64,000 nucleotides of DNA from Leucoraja ocellata (GCA_036785375.1 JAWMAR010000711.1:496001-560000); one strand, 5' to 3'. Positions 39,711 through 55,530 are shown, numbered from the stretch's first letter. Numbers and translations are program-made. Notes: generated by a model not told the origin, from the sequence alone.

Positions 39711-42700
39711 CTTGTCAGTGATGAAGGAAAGAGAAAGAGGGAAGGGAAGGGATTTTCAAAAGACATGAGGATGAAGAACAGAAAAGAAAAAAAATTGCAG
39801 TGAGCAAGCAGCAAAGCCAGTGCATCAGCAAATCATTGCACAAAAACACAGCACACAAGAGGAACTGTGTGAAGCCAAGCATACACATAACTGTCTGAAG
39901 CACACGCACAGAAAGCTGCCTATAGCATACGGTAACATCAGAAGCATTAGTTCCAAAGCTGGAAGATTTATTTGATTTGGGGACCCGACTCTCAAAATAT
40001 TCAAAGAAAAATACGGGTCCTAGCTTTTTCTAATGTTTCTGCACAAAATATATGTACAGATGTAAAAGGCAACATAAATCATTGCACTAATTGGCTACAT
40101 CAAAGAATGCGGTGTTATCATCTGCATGATTGAGATCTGAGGTCCCCACTCAAACTTAAAACCAGCAGCAATGCTGTTGACTTTCTCTGACCCCACATCC
40201 ACTTCTATTTTTGGGTTGTACATCAGAACCACTTCATAATAAATATCTATCATGATTTTAAAATGGTTTTGAAAATGTTACATAATGACAGTGAGATCAG
40301 ACTATCTCTTCTGAATATCATATTCAAGGCAGTAGCATTGAAGTATACAAGAACACGTAGAAATTAAAGAGAAGTGTATATTAACAGAAGAAACCCTGAT
40401 ATAGATTAAAAACTTGATGGTTAGATACACAACCAATCCAAAAGTATTGCATTCAATGGTAATATTCCATTGGTTAACATCAATAACAAAAACAACCAAA
40501 AATACATATTTTCCACATCTGTATGACTGGAACAAAGTATTGCTCATGTCTACACCATTCCTACCAAATAACAAACAGCAGACAAGTAACCAAATTGATT
40601 AACTCAAAAGTGTTCATTTCCAAATATATTTCCCAAGTGATAATGACTTTTCAGGCTTAAGTGCGAAACAAAAGGATTCTCTGTAATTTTCAGTGTGGAG
40701 GGCTCTTTATAACTTCCCTGTTGTAGAAAAAAAGATTGGAATAACACAAGCTCTTGTTAGCTTCAAGAAATATATCCATGTTCTCCTTTTGTCCTTCTGG
40801 TGGCCAAAGCAAGTTTAATTAATAATATATCCCAGGATGAAAATGTTGGTCATCAGCCAATTTACCAAGTTTCTGAACATCTTTGAGCAATTAATAAAGA
40901 AAACAACAAATTGTGTCTCAATTTTCAAGAGATTTTTTGCGAAATTCCAACATCAATGAAACACTGTTAATATAAAGTTTCACTGAGGAACAAATGTATT
41001 ACACTAACTACAAGAGAAAAAATAATAATGTGACATGAAAGCTTTCATGACAATTACATTTAATCATATCGTTAACTGGTTATTTAACAGATTTGGATGA
41101 AATACCAAGGTTCTGATGCTTTCTACTATAAAGGCATTATGGTGGTCATTAAAGTCTTTCAGAGACTACATCATCACAATTAATGCTAAAGATATCCGGG
41201 GCCTGCTTTGTTGGTGATCCTACAAAATATTGAGCTGTAAAAAGAGCAAAAACCTACATTCATTAACCTGGAGACTTTCTGATATTATAATAGCCGAACC
41301 AAAAAAAACATCCAACTAAGAAGAAATTTACATTAATTAACATTTGATACGAAACATCTGTTCATATAACCAAAAATGTTTGCAAACCAGAAAACACTTC
41401 AAAAATAATCTTTTGTAACAACACTGTTTAAATGTGCACTGAATTTGCTGCATCTTATAAATATATAAATCTGGTATATCATTTGAAATGCTGGATTGAT
41501 ACAATTCAATAACAAAGACTTAGTGGGGGGGTTTTTGCCACTAATCATACACAAAGCTTGAATCCATACATACGTATGGCCAAGAACTGTACATCATTTT
41601 GATCCATAACAGTAACCAATCAGGTAAAAGAATATGGGAACATATATTCAAAGACATATCCCACATGATGACCATTCTATTATGTACACTGAATGTGTTT
41701 GTCTGCTATCATTGCAGCCCCTTTTGGAACAGAACAGCAGTATGCAGAATCAAAGCTCCATCAATTCATCTATGACATTGTATTTCCATTTCTGTAGTCA
41801 CTATGTGATTGTGAAGCATTCAATTATGTGTCAGTGCCATGTCTAAAATCTGTCTTATTATTTATACGTCTAACATCCGGCCACTGAAGAGGCAACATAT
41901 ACATTGAAATGTTTCATTAACAGACAGGTAATGAACATTAATGTATTCTTAAAATATGATCTCATAAGAGCTGCTAATGTCTTTAACTTCCATATATGCC
42001 AATGGTTTGGGCAGAGGATCTGCTTCCTAATGATGTAATATTTACATCAGCAAATAAAAAGGGGAAAACAAATCAAAGGTTTACTTTCCATTTTTAATAC
42101 TATATTTAATATTAATCTAACCAACAATGTTGGTACACTGTTTGATTTTCAAGAACATTTAGTAACCAAATACTGTAACTGTATTGTGTTGTTAAGTATT
42201 ATAGTTGGGCTGAATATAATAAGTGGAAAACTTCATGAATTAGCAACAGGTAATTCATCAAACAAGATATTGCAGCATAAGAAATGTGATTAAACATAAT
42301 CAGAAATGAAGGACAAAAGATTTCCAAAGCTGTATTTGGCAGTACGTGATTTAAATGTCTTTGATTTGAAGCAAATTTTTAAACTTTCTTTCAATACATG
42401 AACTTTTAGACAAGATCAATTCATGATAACCACAACCTGTGTAATTCTCATCCAACATGCCAAAGCATTTTATTATTTCCAATGCATTCTCAATATCTTC
42501 CATTTCCTGTTAAGGAAAGTAACTGCACTGTTAAGTTCTATTTTGTAATTATTTTTCCGAGAGAATATATATATTGTTTTGTTTTAGAATTGATGCATCT
42601 AATACTATGTTATTCCCTCTACTCTCTTGCAATCCATCATCTTGTGTTTCCATCATGATCCAAACATCTGCCTGCAATTAGTTTTTGTTAGAAAATAAGG

Positions 42701-45700
42701 TAGACTTCCCATGCTGGCATGCTGTCCATGAGGCATCAGAGTGAAGTTAGTAAGAAAAACACCAAACGTATCTCACCTAATTGATTAAAAGCTTATTAGC
42801 TTGTTATTACTTCCTTCTTAGCATGGAGACTCAATGTGGTAGAACTTTATCACAGAAGGCAATTAAGATTAAATTTAAAAATAACTCCAGAAGAATAATG
42901 TTTCTTCAGTTTAGTAACTTATTTGAATTGCAAGTTTCATTAATTGCAAATAGTATATTTGCTTAGTTTCCTCTCTATCCCTAATTATTGCCAATGTTTA
43001 GAAGTCAACTATTTTGTAGCTGGCTTAAATGCAAATTAGAAAGGTTAACAGGAATCTGCATGGCAGCATCTACCGTAAATGAAGTTTGAAAGGTTATTAT
43101 GTTATTTATAGGAAATTCCAATGAATAACAGTCAAGGAAAATGAAATAACAAACAAGATTCTAGCGTTTCTATAAAGGTGTCTATTATAAAAGCAAGGAA
43201 ATCACAGTGAATATATACAAGCTTAGAACACAGATTCCGTTTCATATGGCTGTTTTAGCTGTTAAGAGGCAGAATATCAGAAGCTATTCAGAGGTGATAG
43301 AAAGGATATTCTGAAATTATACCAACAAGGAGAGATTCCAGTTAAAAAGGGAACAGTTTAAGAAAATGCTTGCCTTTTTAATTCTAATACTTTTACAAAT
43401 TTGAATCCACTGGTTAGAAAATTATTAACATAGTACGAAAATTGAAGAATTAAGTTTAAAGGTATTTTTATTTGATTAAAAAAATGCTTTATCACAAGTG
43501 ATGTTGTGAGAGACTAGCATAATTTAAAAGGGACATGGAAAAACATTTAAAGAGGGAAGGAAAGGGAGAACAGAATGAGATAAGGTAGGTCTGGTTGAAT
43601 ATCTAATGGTGTTTATCCGTGCTTTAGGTTTCTATTGCAATCTTTTAAAATAAAATGTCAGAATAATAAGAGAAACTACGTTTTTTGAGAAGGCAAAATT
43701 ACTTTAAGACAAAAGTTGAACAGTGGATTGTCCAATTGGTAAGTGAACATAACATAATTTGCAGCAGTGGACTAGCCAGTGCTAAATTTATTGTAGATCC
43801 GATAACCGGTATTAGATGTAGCTGTGCATGAATTTATGCCAGAAAAGTAGTTAAGGAAAGGATTAAGAAATTGGCTGCAATTGGCCCACCATTCAATGTA
43901 CTCACATTATTATTTTTTTTGATACAAAAGGTACAGGAGAATGCTACACCTGAGCAACTGCATCATTATACCCAGGAAAACTTGGAACTTGCAGATTAAC
44001 AGAGGGCAAAGTCAGTCTTTGATATAACATCACATTTTAATTGGTTGCAAAAGCAAAGTAATTAATAAAACAAAAAAAAAAACGAATTGCAAATCAGGTT
44101 CAATGAAGTATCGTAAATGATTCTCAAACAATAACTCTGGGCATCAGTGATAATTGCTCAGAAGTTACTTTATCTGACCTTCCTTAGCACTAAATCCACT
44201 GCAAATTTTTGTGAGATTTCTATACAGTTATCTGGAATAAAATTCACGGAGAAAAAAAGCTTCCACAAATTTCTCCCTGTTAAAGGAAATGCATGATCTG
44301 GTTTAAGTGTGCAAAACTTCTTGCACGCAGCTTCAAGCAAGGCATGGCGGAAGAACTGATGGGACTATATTTTCCAGCTGCATTAAATAGATTGGTTGAC
44401 TTTAATGTGGAACACTTGTGGATCTTTATCAGCAATCAGAAAGTATAAGGATGCAACATCAATATTAAGACTAAACACTAATAGCTATAATTTAACTGTG
44501 TTTCTGAAAAAAAGCTGTAGAAGCATTAATATATCACTCCAGACTTTTTACATTTCTAACAGAGTTTAAGTTCTTTCATAAACCATTAAGAACGAAGACT
44601 CTGTCGGCCACTCAATTGGCCCTGCCCAAACAGGGTCCAAATTCTGTTTGAGTGACTGAGAACCAAAATATAAAGAGTAATTTCGAAAACATGATACCGT
44701 CACCTGCAGACACAAGTGACAAAGTGGTGACTTTGTACAGCTAAGCAAGACATAAAGGGAAATAGAAAAATTTAACTGTAAGCACAGTTCCAAACTAAAC
44801 CTAATTTGCAAGATAAGGTAGTATTTTGGAGAACAGACATCCAGGAGCTCTTCTTCAGACAGAAAATAATTCTTATCTGGAATGTACTTCTGGAAGAGTG
44901 GCTGAAAGCAAACTTTCCAAAATTATTCCAAAAGACAGATTCGGCTGTAAAGACACTATAGAAAGGTGGACTGTATAGCCTCCTTTTCCTGAAATTGTAC
45001 TTATGTATTTTGTCTCCTTTTTCAGTCTTATTAAAGTCTGAATCAGGCACTGGAAATACATAATTTTCTTTTTAATCATCTGTAGAGTTTAAATCATCAA
45101 TTCATATCAACCTTGGTAATAAGGAAAGTTCAGAAATAGGAAAACTCAATACAACAGAAAAATTACAAGTATTAGCTCAGATGGACGTATTAGCTTAGAT
45201 GAATGTGTGTGAAATAATGTTTTATATCTTGAGGCATCAAAAAGACAAAACTTTGCGTATTCTTTTGAGGATCAATTCTGCATTCTCTTGCAAACATTGT
45301 TAAAGATGATTGAGGAGTGTTCCATCAGCAAGATTTAATTACAATAGCATTCCCTGCCCATGACAAAATGGTAGAAAGATCAAGCTTTTATTATTTGGAT
45401 CCTTATCATGAACTCATTATCCAAAGTGCTGCACATCCCTTGAACTACTCTCTGAAGTATCGTGATAGTTGTTTTGAAGATTTTTGAGACAAAGCCTTCC
45501 GTAGCAAGTGTTGTTGCAGGATTTTTTTTTGCAATAGTGGTTTTCTGCAAATACTGACATATTCCTGGCAATCACTACCCTATCTTGCAAAACATCATGT
45601 CAGGTACTTAAAGGAAAACAGTGCCATCATTGCAGAAAATGTTTTTATTAGTATACAGCAACAGAGAAATTGTGTTAGTGAGTCAACAAATACAGAAACA

Positions 45701-47645
45701 TACAGAAAGCCGATGACAGAGGAATAGCAATCTGACGACCTTGAGGATTATGCATTCTGTGGGAGTGTCACCTGATTTTCATCCACATTTACAGCATAGC
45801 GTAAAGTATCAGATGAGACTATATCAAAGGAGATCATCATAAGATCAGAAAGAGGTGTCCAGGCCACATGCAGCAAACCCTACATTTGGATAATCAGTAT
45901 TCAAGACCATAGGATTCCACTTCTACTTCTGATTGTGTTACTTTGTTATTTATATATTTCAATTTTATGCACCCTGGGGTTGGAAAAGTGTATTGTCATG
46001 CACTGTTGTCAAGGTGTCAATTAAACCTCGAATCCCAATGAAAATCTAATGGTACCAACAAGTTAATGGGAAAATGGAAATTGTTGACAAATTTGCTATT
46101 GGATTTAAAGTTCATGCTTGTCCCTTGAGGCTGCAAACAAGCATGTTAGTGAGTGCATGAAGCTTGGACTCTCTTGCTCTGGAATAGCAGCACGGTGTTG
46201 TGAAAAGACCAAAGCACAGATCAATGTCACTACGATATAAGTTCAGGCTAGTAAACAAAGATGAAACAAATTGGGATGTGTTATCATTTCCAGAATTGTG
46301 TTTCCTTAGATTTTCTTCCTTCTAATAACAGAATTAATTCACAATGAAGTAAAACATTGTTGGGGTTTCAAGATACTACAGTCAGCCAAAATTAATCATT
46401 TTTGTCACATTTCTTTTTAAGTTTCACTTATTGTAGTTGAGTTGTAATAAATATCACTAAATGTTTAAAGTTAAATATATTTTCTTCCGATTGAAAATCG
46501 AACAACATGAAAAATAATCTGCATCCTTATTAACTTTCATCTGTTTGGACAATACCAAATATAGTGCTTAAAAGAACTAAAGTTTTAGTTGTGTGATATC
46601 TGCTAAATTCATGCAATTCTAAAACTGCCACGATTTGGTTTTACTTCCTGATTCCACCATTTTCTCTAGCTTTTAGAGGTAGGCAATACATTTATACTGT
46701 TTCCACCAAAATGTAACTGAAAGAACAATGAGAAAAGTCTTCCTTGGAAATGGAACATTTGTAACACAAATCCAAAATTTTCACCCAGACCAAACACGAG
46801 CTGGCACGCTGCATTTGGATGTTCTTTCTCTTAGCCTCTCTTGGTAACTTCCAACTGCTCAATCAAAATTTTTTCAAATTACTATTTACATGGAATTGCA
46901 TTATGATTTCTCATTGAGATGCCTTTATGCATCTCGTAGAAAGATTTTCATCCATTGGTGGTGAATAGATGGGAAAAAATATTATATATCTCAAAGGAAT
47001 TACTTAAAAATTAGAATGTTGGATATGTATCTATGCTGTATTGTTTTCCAGCAGAGATTTCCAATGTTTCCAAACAGCAGAGGTTCATTGGACTCCACTG
47101 TGATAAATTAATGAATGTCTTTTGTAGCCACATGCTTTCTAAATAGATATTGATCCAGTAATCCCAGTTATATTAATCTATATATTAGATTATCTGATGT
47201 TCCTTTTTCAGACGTAATCCATTTTCCTAGTTTTAACCTCACAAATGTAATTCCCTTTCGAACCATCTGGAATATCAGCATCCAACTACCTTCATGTTTA
47301 GCAGTATTGAATACAGTGACTTCAAGGTCAATGCATTGCACACTGTAGTATGCTGTGTGAAATCAAAGTTTAATTTAGTGCTGAAGATATTAGGTTCACA
47401 GGTTACTGCAAATCTGACAACAAAGGCTAGACACATCATTTCCATATTAATGTTCCCAACATAGAAACGTAATCCATGAATAGTAAAGTGATGGTGTTTG
47501 AATGTATGGTTTTCTTTTAAATACAAGCAATCACTCTCATACTAAAGTGAACATAAATTCACTTTGTACTTCAAAAGAGAATGTCAAATCTAGCCCCCTG
47601 CTTCAATGAAAAGCATATCTACTCCAAACAGTTTAATGACACTCA

Positions 47646-47816
<171 letters not shown>

Positions 47817-48317
47817 TCAACAAGTTTAACAAATACAAATATCAAAGGATTAAATATTTTAGTGATCATAACTTATCAGTATGATTGAGAATAGCAGAAA
47901 TATTGTTTGACAGACAATTCAGTATAGGGAAAAATATATTATTGCCTAGAAATGGAATTGGATAATATTTTATTCACTATTGCCTTGTTGGAAATTGACT
48001 TTACCTGGAGTGAAATGAGATTATGACCATCTCCAGGTCATTTTCCATCAGTCTGAAATTCTGCCAACATCCCCTGATAAATTTCATACGAGGATCGAAT
48101 GTGATCTCCTTGTCAGAAATCAATGACATGATGGCATTTTCTGTGGAAAGTTCCTTGGAGCATCCGTGGGGGAAATTAGACCAAAGTGTCCAGGCTACAA
48201 CCAGTGAGAAACACTCCCTGATAGGTAGGTTTTAATCGAACAACACCAGATTAGGACTCCCTGACAAATCTTATACTTATCTTTCATCCTTCATATGCTC
48301 CCCCTTCTTATATAAAA

Positions 48318-49745
48318 ACATGGAAAAATGGGTGCAGGAGTAGGCCATTCGGCCCTTCGAGCCAGCACCGCCATTCAACATGATCATGGCTGATCATCCA
48401 AAATCAGTACCCCGTTCCTGCGTTTTCCCCATATACCTTGACTCCTTTAACCCTAAGAGCTAAATCTAACTCTCTTTTGAAAATATCCAGTGAGTTGGCC
48501 ACCACTATCTTCTGTGGCAGAGAATTCCACAGATTTACAACTCTCTGAGTGAAGACGTTTTTCCTCGTCTCAGTCCTAAATGGCCTACCCCTTATTCTTA
48601 AACTGTGACCCTTGGTTCTGGACTTCCCCAACATCAGGAACATTTTTCCTGCATCTAGCCTGTCCAATCCTTTAAGAATTTTATGTTTCTATGAGATCCC
48701 TTCTCATCCTTCTAAATTCCAGTGAATACAAGCCCAGTCGACCCATTCTTTCATCATATATCAGTCCCGCCATCCCGGGAATTAATCTGGTGAACCTAAG
48801 CTGCACACCCTCAATAGCATTAATGGCCTTCCTCAAATTAGGAGACCAAAATTGCACACAATACTCCAGGTGTGGGCTCACCGGGGCCTTGTGCAGCTGC
48901 AGTAGGACCTCCATGTTCCTAAACTCAAATCCTCTTGCAATGAAGGCCAATATGCCATTAGTGTTCTTCACTGCCTGCAGTACCTGCATGCTTAGTTTCA
49001 GTGACTGATGTACAAGCACACCCAGGTCTCGTTGCACCTCCCCTTTTCCTAATCTGACACCATTCAGATAATAATCTGCCTTTCTGTTCTTGCCACCAAA
49101 GTGGATAACCTCATATTTATTCACATTCTACTGCATCTGCCATGTATCTGCCCACTCACCCAACCTATTCAAGTCACCCTGCAGCCTCATAGCATTGTTT
49201 CTGGATCTAGATTTTGTCTAAATCGTTAATATATATTGTAAATAACTGGGGTCCCAGCACCGAGCCTTGTGACACCCCACTAGTCACTGCCTGCCATTCT
49301 GAAAAGGACCCGTTAATTCCTACTCTTTGCTTCCTTTCTGCCAACCAGTTCTCTATCCATGCCAATACCCTACCCCCAATACCATGTGTTCTAATTTTGC
49401 ACACTAATCTCTTGTGTGGGACCTTGTCAAAGGCTTTTTGAAAGCTCAGATACACCATATCCACTGGCCCTCTGTTGCATCCTCAAAATATTTCAGAAAA
49501 TTAGTCAAGCATGATTTCCCCTTCATAAATCCATGCTGACTTTGACTGATCCTGTCACTGCTTTCCAAATGCGGTGCTATAACATCTTTAACAATCGACT
49601 CAAGCATCTTCCCCACTATCGATGTCAGGTTAACTGGTCTATAATTCCACGTTTTCTCTCTCCCTCCTTTCTTAAAAAGTGGGGTTACATTGGCTACCCT
49701 CCAGTCCACAGCAACTGATCCAGAGTCGAGAGAACATTGGAAAAC
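48318..49745 (-). mobile_element. CR1 LINE, ~1.4 kb RT fragment with frameshifts and an internal deletion near 49200
   Basis: Consecutive ORFs: [58 protein letters not shown]; the FADD segment is missing. Confidence 0.92.
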
Positions 49746-50676
49746 TACAGATACCGGAATCTTGACCAAAACACAAAGTGCTGGAGTAGCTCAGCAGGTC
49801 AGGCAGCATTTGTGGAGGGAATAAACAAGGTGACGTTTTGGGTGATGATCCTTCTTAAGACTATTTGGTCAGGACCTTCTTTGGACCCATCCTCAAGAGT
49901 CCAAAGAAAGGTCCCGACCCAAAACAGTGCCTACCCATTCCCTCCACAGTTACTGCCTGATCTGCTCAGCTACTCCAGCACTCTGCTTTTGCTCAACATT
50001 TAAAATACATTTGGATTGGCACATGTATGGAAAATATTTAGAGGGACATGGGTCAAATGGGACCAACGTAGATCTTGGCATCTTGGTTGACATGGACGAG
50101 TTGGGCTGAAGGCCTATTTCTACATTGTATGATTATGTGACTTCATGACCTATCTAATCAATGCATGCTAACAACTGAATGAAGATGACATTGCCATTCC
50201 CACTGGATTTGCCCTGACCTTCTCTACTGATTCCATCTGCCAGGTCCCAACCTTTTAGTCTTTTTGCAGACTCTTTCTCCTGGTTGACGTGCATTATGCA
50301 GACGTCCTCCCTGCCTCTAACACTCCACATAGACCCTTCCTTTCCTATTCCTAATGCCTTGTTTATCAGACCATAGCCCTCTCCCTTATTTCTTTCTTAG
50401 AATTCATTGTGGGGATAGACTATTGGACATTATTGTCAGCACTGCACTGTAATGATGATCAAGGTATATAACACTAAAACTAAAGACCATAGGTTTCAGA
50501 TAAGGGGCAAGCGATTATAAGGGATCTGCGAATGAACCTATTCACACAGAGGATGTTTGTAATCTGGAAAGCACTACTCGAGTGGATGGTGGAGTTACAT
50601 TCTCTCACAACATTTAAGAAATACTTAGATGGACACTTGAATTGGCAAGATATAGAGGGCTACAGACCCAAATCGC

Positions 50677-50980
50677 AGCACGGTGGTGCAGCGGTAGATT
50701 TTCTGCTTTACAGCGCTAGAGACCCGGGTTCCATCCTAACTGTGCGTGCTGTCTGTATGGAGTTTCTACGTTCTCTCCATGGCCGTATGGGTTTTCTCCG
50801 GGTGCTCCAGTATCCTCCCACACTCCAAAGACGTACAAGATTATAGGTTACTATGGCTTTGGTAAAAATGATAAAATGTCCCTTGTGTGCAGGATAGTGT
50901 TAGTGTATGGGTATTGCTGGGCGGCGCAGACGGTGGGCTGAAGGGCCGGTTTCTGCGCTGTATCTCTAAACTAAACTAAA
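50677..50980 (+). mobile_element. tRNA-derived SINE (elasmobranch HE1/V-SINE-like)
   Basis: A-box-like 'cggtggtgcagcggta', B-box-like 'gggttccatcc', core 'gggttttctccgggtgctcc', CR1-like tail ending (CTAAA)n. Confidence 0.8.
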
Positions 50981-51809
50981 GTGCTGCTTAACAGGATTAG
51001 AATCGATGGTTACTTGATAGACAGCATGGATATAATGGCACAGAGATCCTGTTTCTGTGTTGTATTGCACTGTGATTCGACATCTTTCATCATCTTGCAG
51101 TCTCAATGATTTTTTTTCCAGTAACGCACAGGAATGAAAAAAGGAATAACGAAACAATGACAATGTGACAACAGTAAAAATGAAGGAACAAGAAGTGAAA
51201 AAAAAATCAACAAAACGAGTATATACAGGAGATGGAGTGAGAGGCATTACTGAACTGTATTTGAAATGTCTGCAAGATCAAAAGGTTGTCAGGATTACAG
51301 TATCCAACTCAGTGACTAAATAATTAAATGTTAGTTTTCTGAGCATTTTGATTCTCTATCAGAAATTCTGAAAAAAAATCTAAATATCCTTCAAGTAAAC
51401 ATTGTATTTTGAATAAATCACCATTAAGAGTAGAATTATCTCATCATTCTTTTGACATGAAGCTTTTTAATCACCATATTAAATATTGCTTAAATTAATG
51501 TTAAACTTAAAGTATATAAGGTCACAAGCCTGCACTGTGCAAGCATAACACTGTCCATTCACCTGAATGGATGAAATTGGCTGCCAGGAGCAAGATAGGC
51601 AGTATATTTTGTATTCAGTTAAATTAGTTTCATGTTTTAAAACAGTCTTTATGTGACATAAATATAATTTTTAAAACATGTCGTGCCAAAAACAACAAAA
51701 GAGATTTGATAGGCCCACTAACAGTGATGATAGTCTTTCTGAAAACGGGTCCTGACCCGAAACGTCACCTATCCATTTTCTCCAGAGATACTGCCCGACC
51801 CGCAGGCTT

Positions 51810-51981
51810 ATGCGTGTTTGTGTGTGTGTGTGCGTGTGCGTGCGGGTGTGTGCATGCGCTTATGCGTGCGTGTGTGTGGGTGTGTGCGTGTGTATGCATG
51901 TGTGTGTATGCGTGTGCGTGTGTGCGTGTGTGTGTGCGTGATTGAGTGTGTGAGTGAGTGTGTGTGTGGTGGGGGGGGGGG
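51810..51981. repeat. Compound (TG/CG/TA)n microsatellite followed by a G run
   Basis: Read directly. Confidence 0.95.
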
Positions 51982-52477
51982 ACACTCCATTTTCATATCA
52001 GTCAAGGAGTTGGTGAAAAGTATTTACCTTTCACGACCCAGTTCACAGCTAATCCATGTCAGGGTGCACAAATACATCGCCCCACCTACATGTCTAACTA
52101 TAAGTGTTTTTATATGGTCAAACAAAGTATCGGCTTTTACGAAAGATACACAAAATGCTGGAGTAACTCAGCGGGTCAGGCAGCATCTCTGGAGAAAATG
52201 GATAGGTGATGTTCGGGTCAGGACCCTTTTTCAGACATTATCAGTTTTTACAGTTTTGACCCATCTGTTAATTTAAAGCAGATTATTTGGTTTTCAAATC
52301 TGAGAGAAACAAACCAAAAATGAATCCAATGAAAAAATCTGACCAGATTTAGGTTTTCAATATCCCTTCCTTTGATTCAAGCACAGCTGTTTAAATAGGG
52401 AATGTGAAGTGATATTCCAGGACGCCAAACATAAACAATAGTGAGCAACTGTTGATATTTTCAAGTCAACAGTGTTA

Positions 52478-52729
<252 letters not shown>

Positions 52730-54526
52730 TCATTATCACATATTTTTTAAACATTCCAGAACCTTTGTATAACCTCAGATTGAGAAATGACCAATGTTAT
52801 CTGGAATCTAATCCCTTATTCCACAAAACAATTAACTCAATTTTTTTCTGAAATGTCTAAACTCCGTTGATGAGGTTTTGATTTTCAGCTCATTTTTAAA
52901 ACAATTTGATGACAGCATCCATTTACCTGTCTTGTCTCTTTGAACAAAGGAATGTCTATAACTAATGCCCCTCTAATGCAACAAGCCATGACATTTCTTG
53001 TGATGCCAAATATTAATATATTTTATGATCTGTTATGGGTTTCAGAAAGTTCATAGAAAGTTGTTCTTGCTCCTATACTTTGCACAATAATAATATTTGA
53101 ACGTTTCCCTTCTCTTCATTTACATTGCCCAGTTGATGAGGTGAATGCAATTTGGGTTGCAGGGTTATCTAATTTCCTGTCATACCTATAATATAGGGCT
53201 TATCTGGAATACTTCCCAGCAGTATTTGCATTTAAATATGTCAGGACATTCATTTTTAAATTGCCTCATACATAATTATGGCACATCTATTAATTTCTTC
53301 ATTTCAGCCGTGCATAAAAATAGGCAAAGGAATGTAATTCAAATATTTTGATCCATTAACCACATATGCTTTTCTCAAAGTTGTCTGTTGAGGCAAAGGA
53401 AGAACAATATATTCCAGATGAGGAACAGGACACAAATGAAAAATTGGAGGAGCCCAGGACTGATCCTTTAGGGGCATTTGGCCAAGTAGATTTTATCCAA
53501 TAATAAATTCAGTGATGTTTACTGCAACAGGAAATCAAAAGCATTTACTTAATTTCATGAACATCTTCGTCTTACTTGTTTTGATAGAATCATTACACGT
53601 GACATTAACAGAGCAAACAGCTCTACAGTAAAGGAATAAACTGCCTCCTGATGTGAGTAAGCAATTCAGAGTCTTGGGGCAATGGCTTTCTCAATGTCAT
53701 ACTCTGAAATACATATTGAACACAGATGATGTATAATGAGTTACATGGCAGTGGTTGGATCAAGTGCGTCTAGTGATGTCATCTACTGGAAGGGAATTGA
53801 TACCCCCCAATTATTACCTCATAACCTCAATTCTTACATTTATAACATTAATTGGTAATATTTATTACTGTGGTTCTTTTAAAATTACTGTGTTGATTTA
53901 AAAGTATTGTTTCCATGGGTTGTTGGAGAAAGGAGATCATAAAGCATAAAGAGTCATAGCTAAATGTGACATGCTGAAGCAATTTAATGCTGAGATCACG
54001 GATATTCTCTTGGACAAGTATATCACAGATATGGAAAAAAGGCATATGGATCGGAGTAGTGGCATATATCAGCCATGATCTCAGAAACACCACTACGTAT
54101 TTTTATGTCTGGTCTTACAAGGACAGAATAACCTTGTTGGCAAGACTGTGCTTAGTGTTAGAAAGTACACATTCAGGAGAGAAAATATTGGTGGGACAGG
54201 AAGTGGTGATGTGCATATTCCATTATTTTTGCTCATTTAATCCCATTTAAATTGGAGCAAAAATTTATATCTTTGACGCCGGAGTGTAGCGACATTTTGC
54301 CGCAGCTGGGCAAGATGATCTTAAATATCCCTGTTGTTTGTAAAGCTGCAGTAAGTAAAACATTCATTGTTCTAGTTGATATCTAGTACATATGACAAAT
54401 TAATACTTTTGAGTCTCTATCTACAACTTGACATTTATGATTAATAGACTTTCATATCAATGCTATTTTAAACATTTGAATAATTATGAAATGAATGATA
54501 TTTTCAATTATTTCTCTATAAAACTA

Positions 54527-54730
<204 letters not shown>

Positions 54731-55089
54731 TCAGCAAGAGTAGAGAAAGATAACCTGCAGCAGCAACATCTGCAAATATAGCACCTTATGTAGAAAAAAT
54801 CATCTTAAGGGGCTTCATGGCAATGTTATCACACAAAATATTTGGACAACAGGTGTAGATTTGAAGGAATGTGTTATAGGATGAAAAATAAGTAGAAAGG
54901 TGGAGAAGAATAGGAAGGGAATTTTAGACCTTGGCATCTTGGCAGCTGTAGGTAAAATATAAAAGGTAGACACTGAGCACTGGAGATGCCTTAGAGGGTT
55001 ATAAGGCTACAGAAGGTCATTGAGCTAGGGAGGCTGATGCTTTAAAAAAAAAAAAAAAAAATCAGCATTTTCAATTAATTTGGGCCTGG

Positions 55090-55530
55090 ATTGGTTGGTA
55101 TTACTACAGGGAGAGGTTGGACTGTCTTGGATTGTTTTCTCTGGAACTCCAGAGATTGCAGGGAGACATGATAGAAGTATATAAAATTACAAGAGGCACA
55201 GAAAGGGTAGATAGTCAGAACCTCTTTCCCAGGATGAAAAAAGTCATATACGACAGGGCATAGCCTTAAGGTGAGAGGGGTGAAGTTTAAAGGGGATGCA
55301 TGGGGCATGTTTTTCTTACACAGAGGCTGACAAGAGCCTGGAACGCCCCTGCCAAGGATGATGGTTGAGGCATATATGGTCGTGGCATTTAAGAGAGTTT
55401 TGGATAGGCTTATCTATACACGGGGAATGGAGGGATATGGATTATGTGTAAGCGGAGAAGAGTTAATCTTGGCATCATGTTCGGCATAGACATTGTGGGA
55501 CAAAGGCTTGATCTTGTGCTCTATTGTTCT
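55090..55530 (+). mobile_element. Degenerate CR1 LINE 3' fragment
   Basis: Decayed 'gggagacatgatagaagtatataaaatt...gggcatagccttaaggtgagaggg' CR1 ORF2 end and 3' UTR. Confidence 0.75.

Noticed and set aside
50677-50760. tRNA-like A/B boxes
   Set aside because: SINE head; continues into SINE core and tail, with no full cloverleaf.
51706-52276. VC/HT-repeat ORFs
   Set aside because: Translations of a microsatellite.
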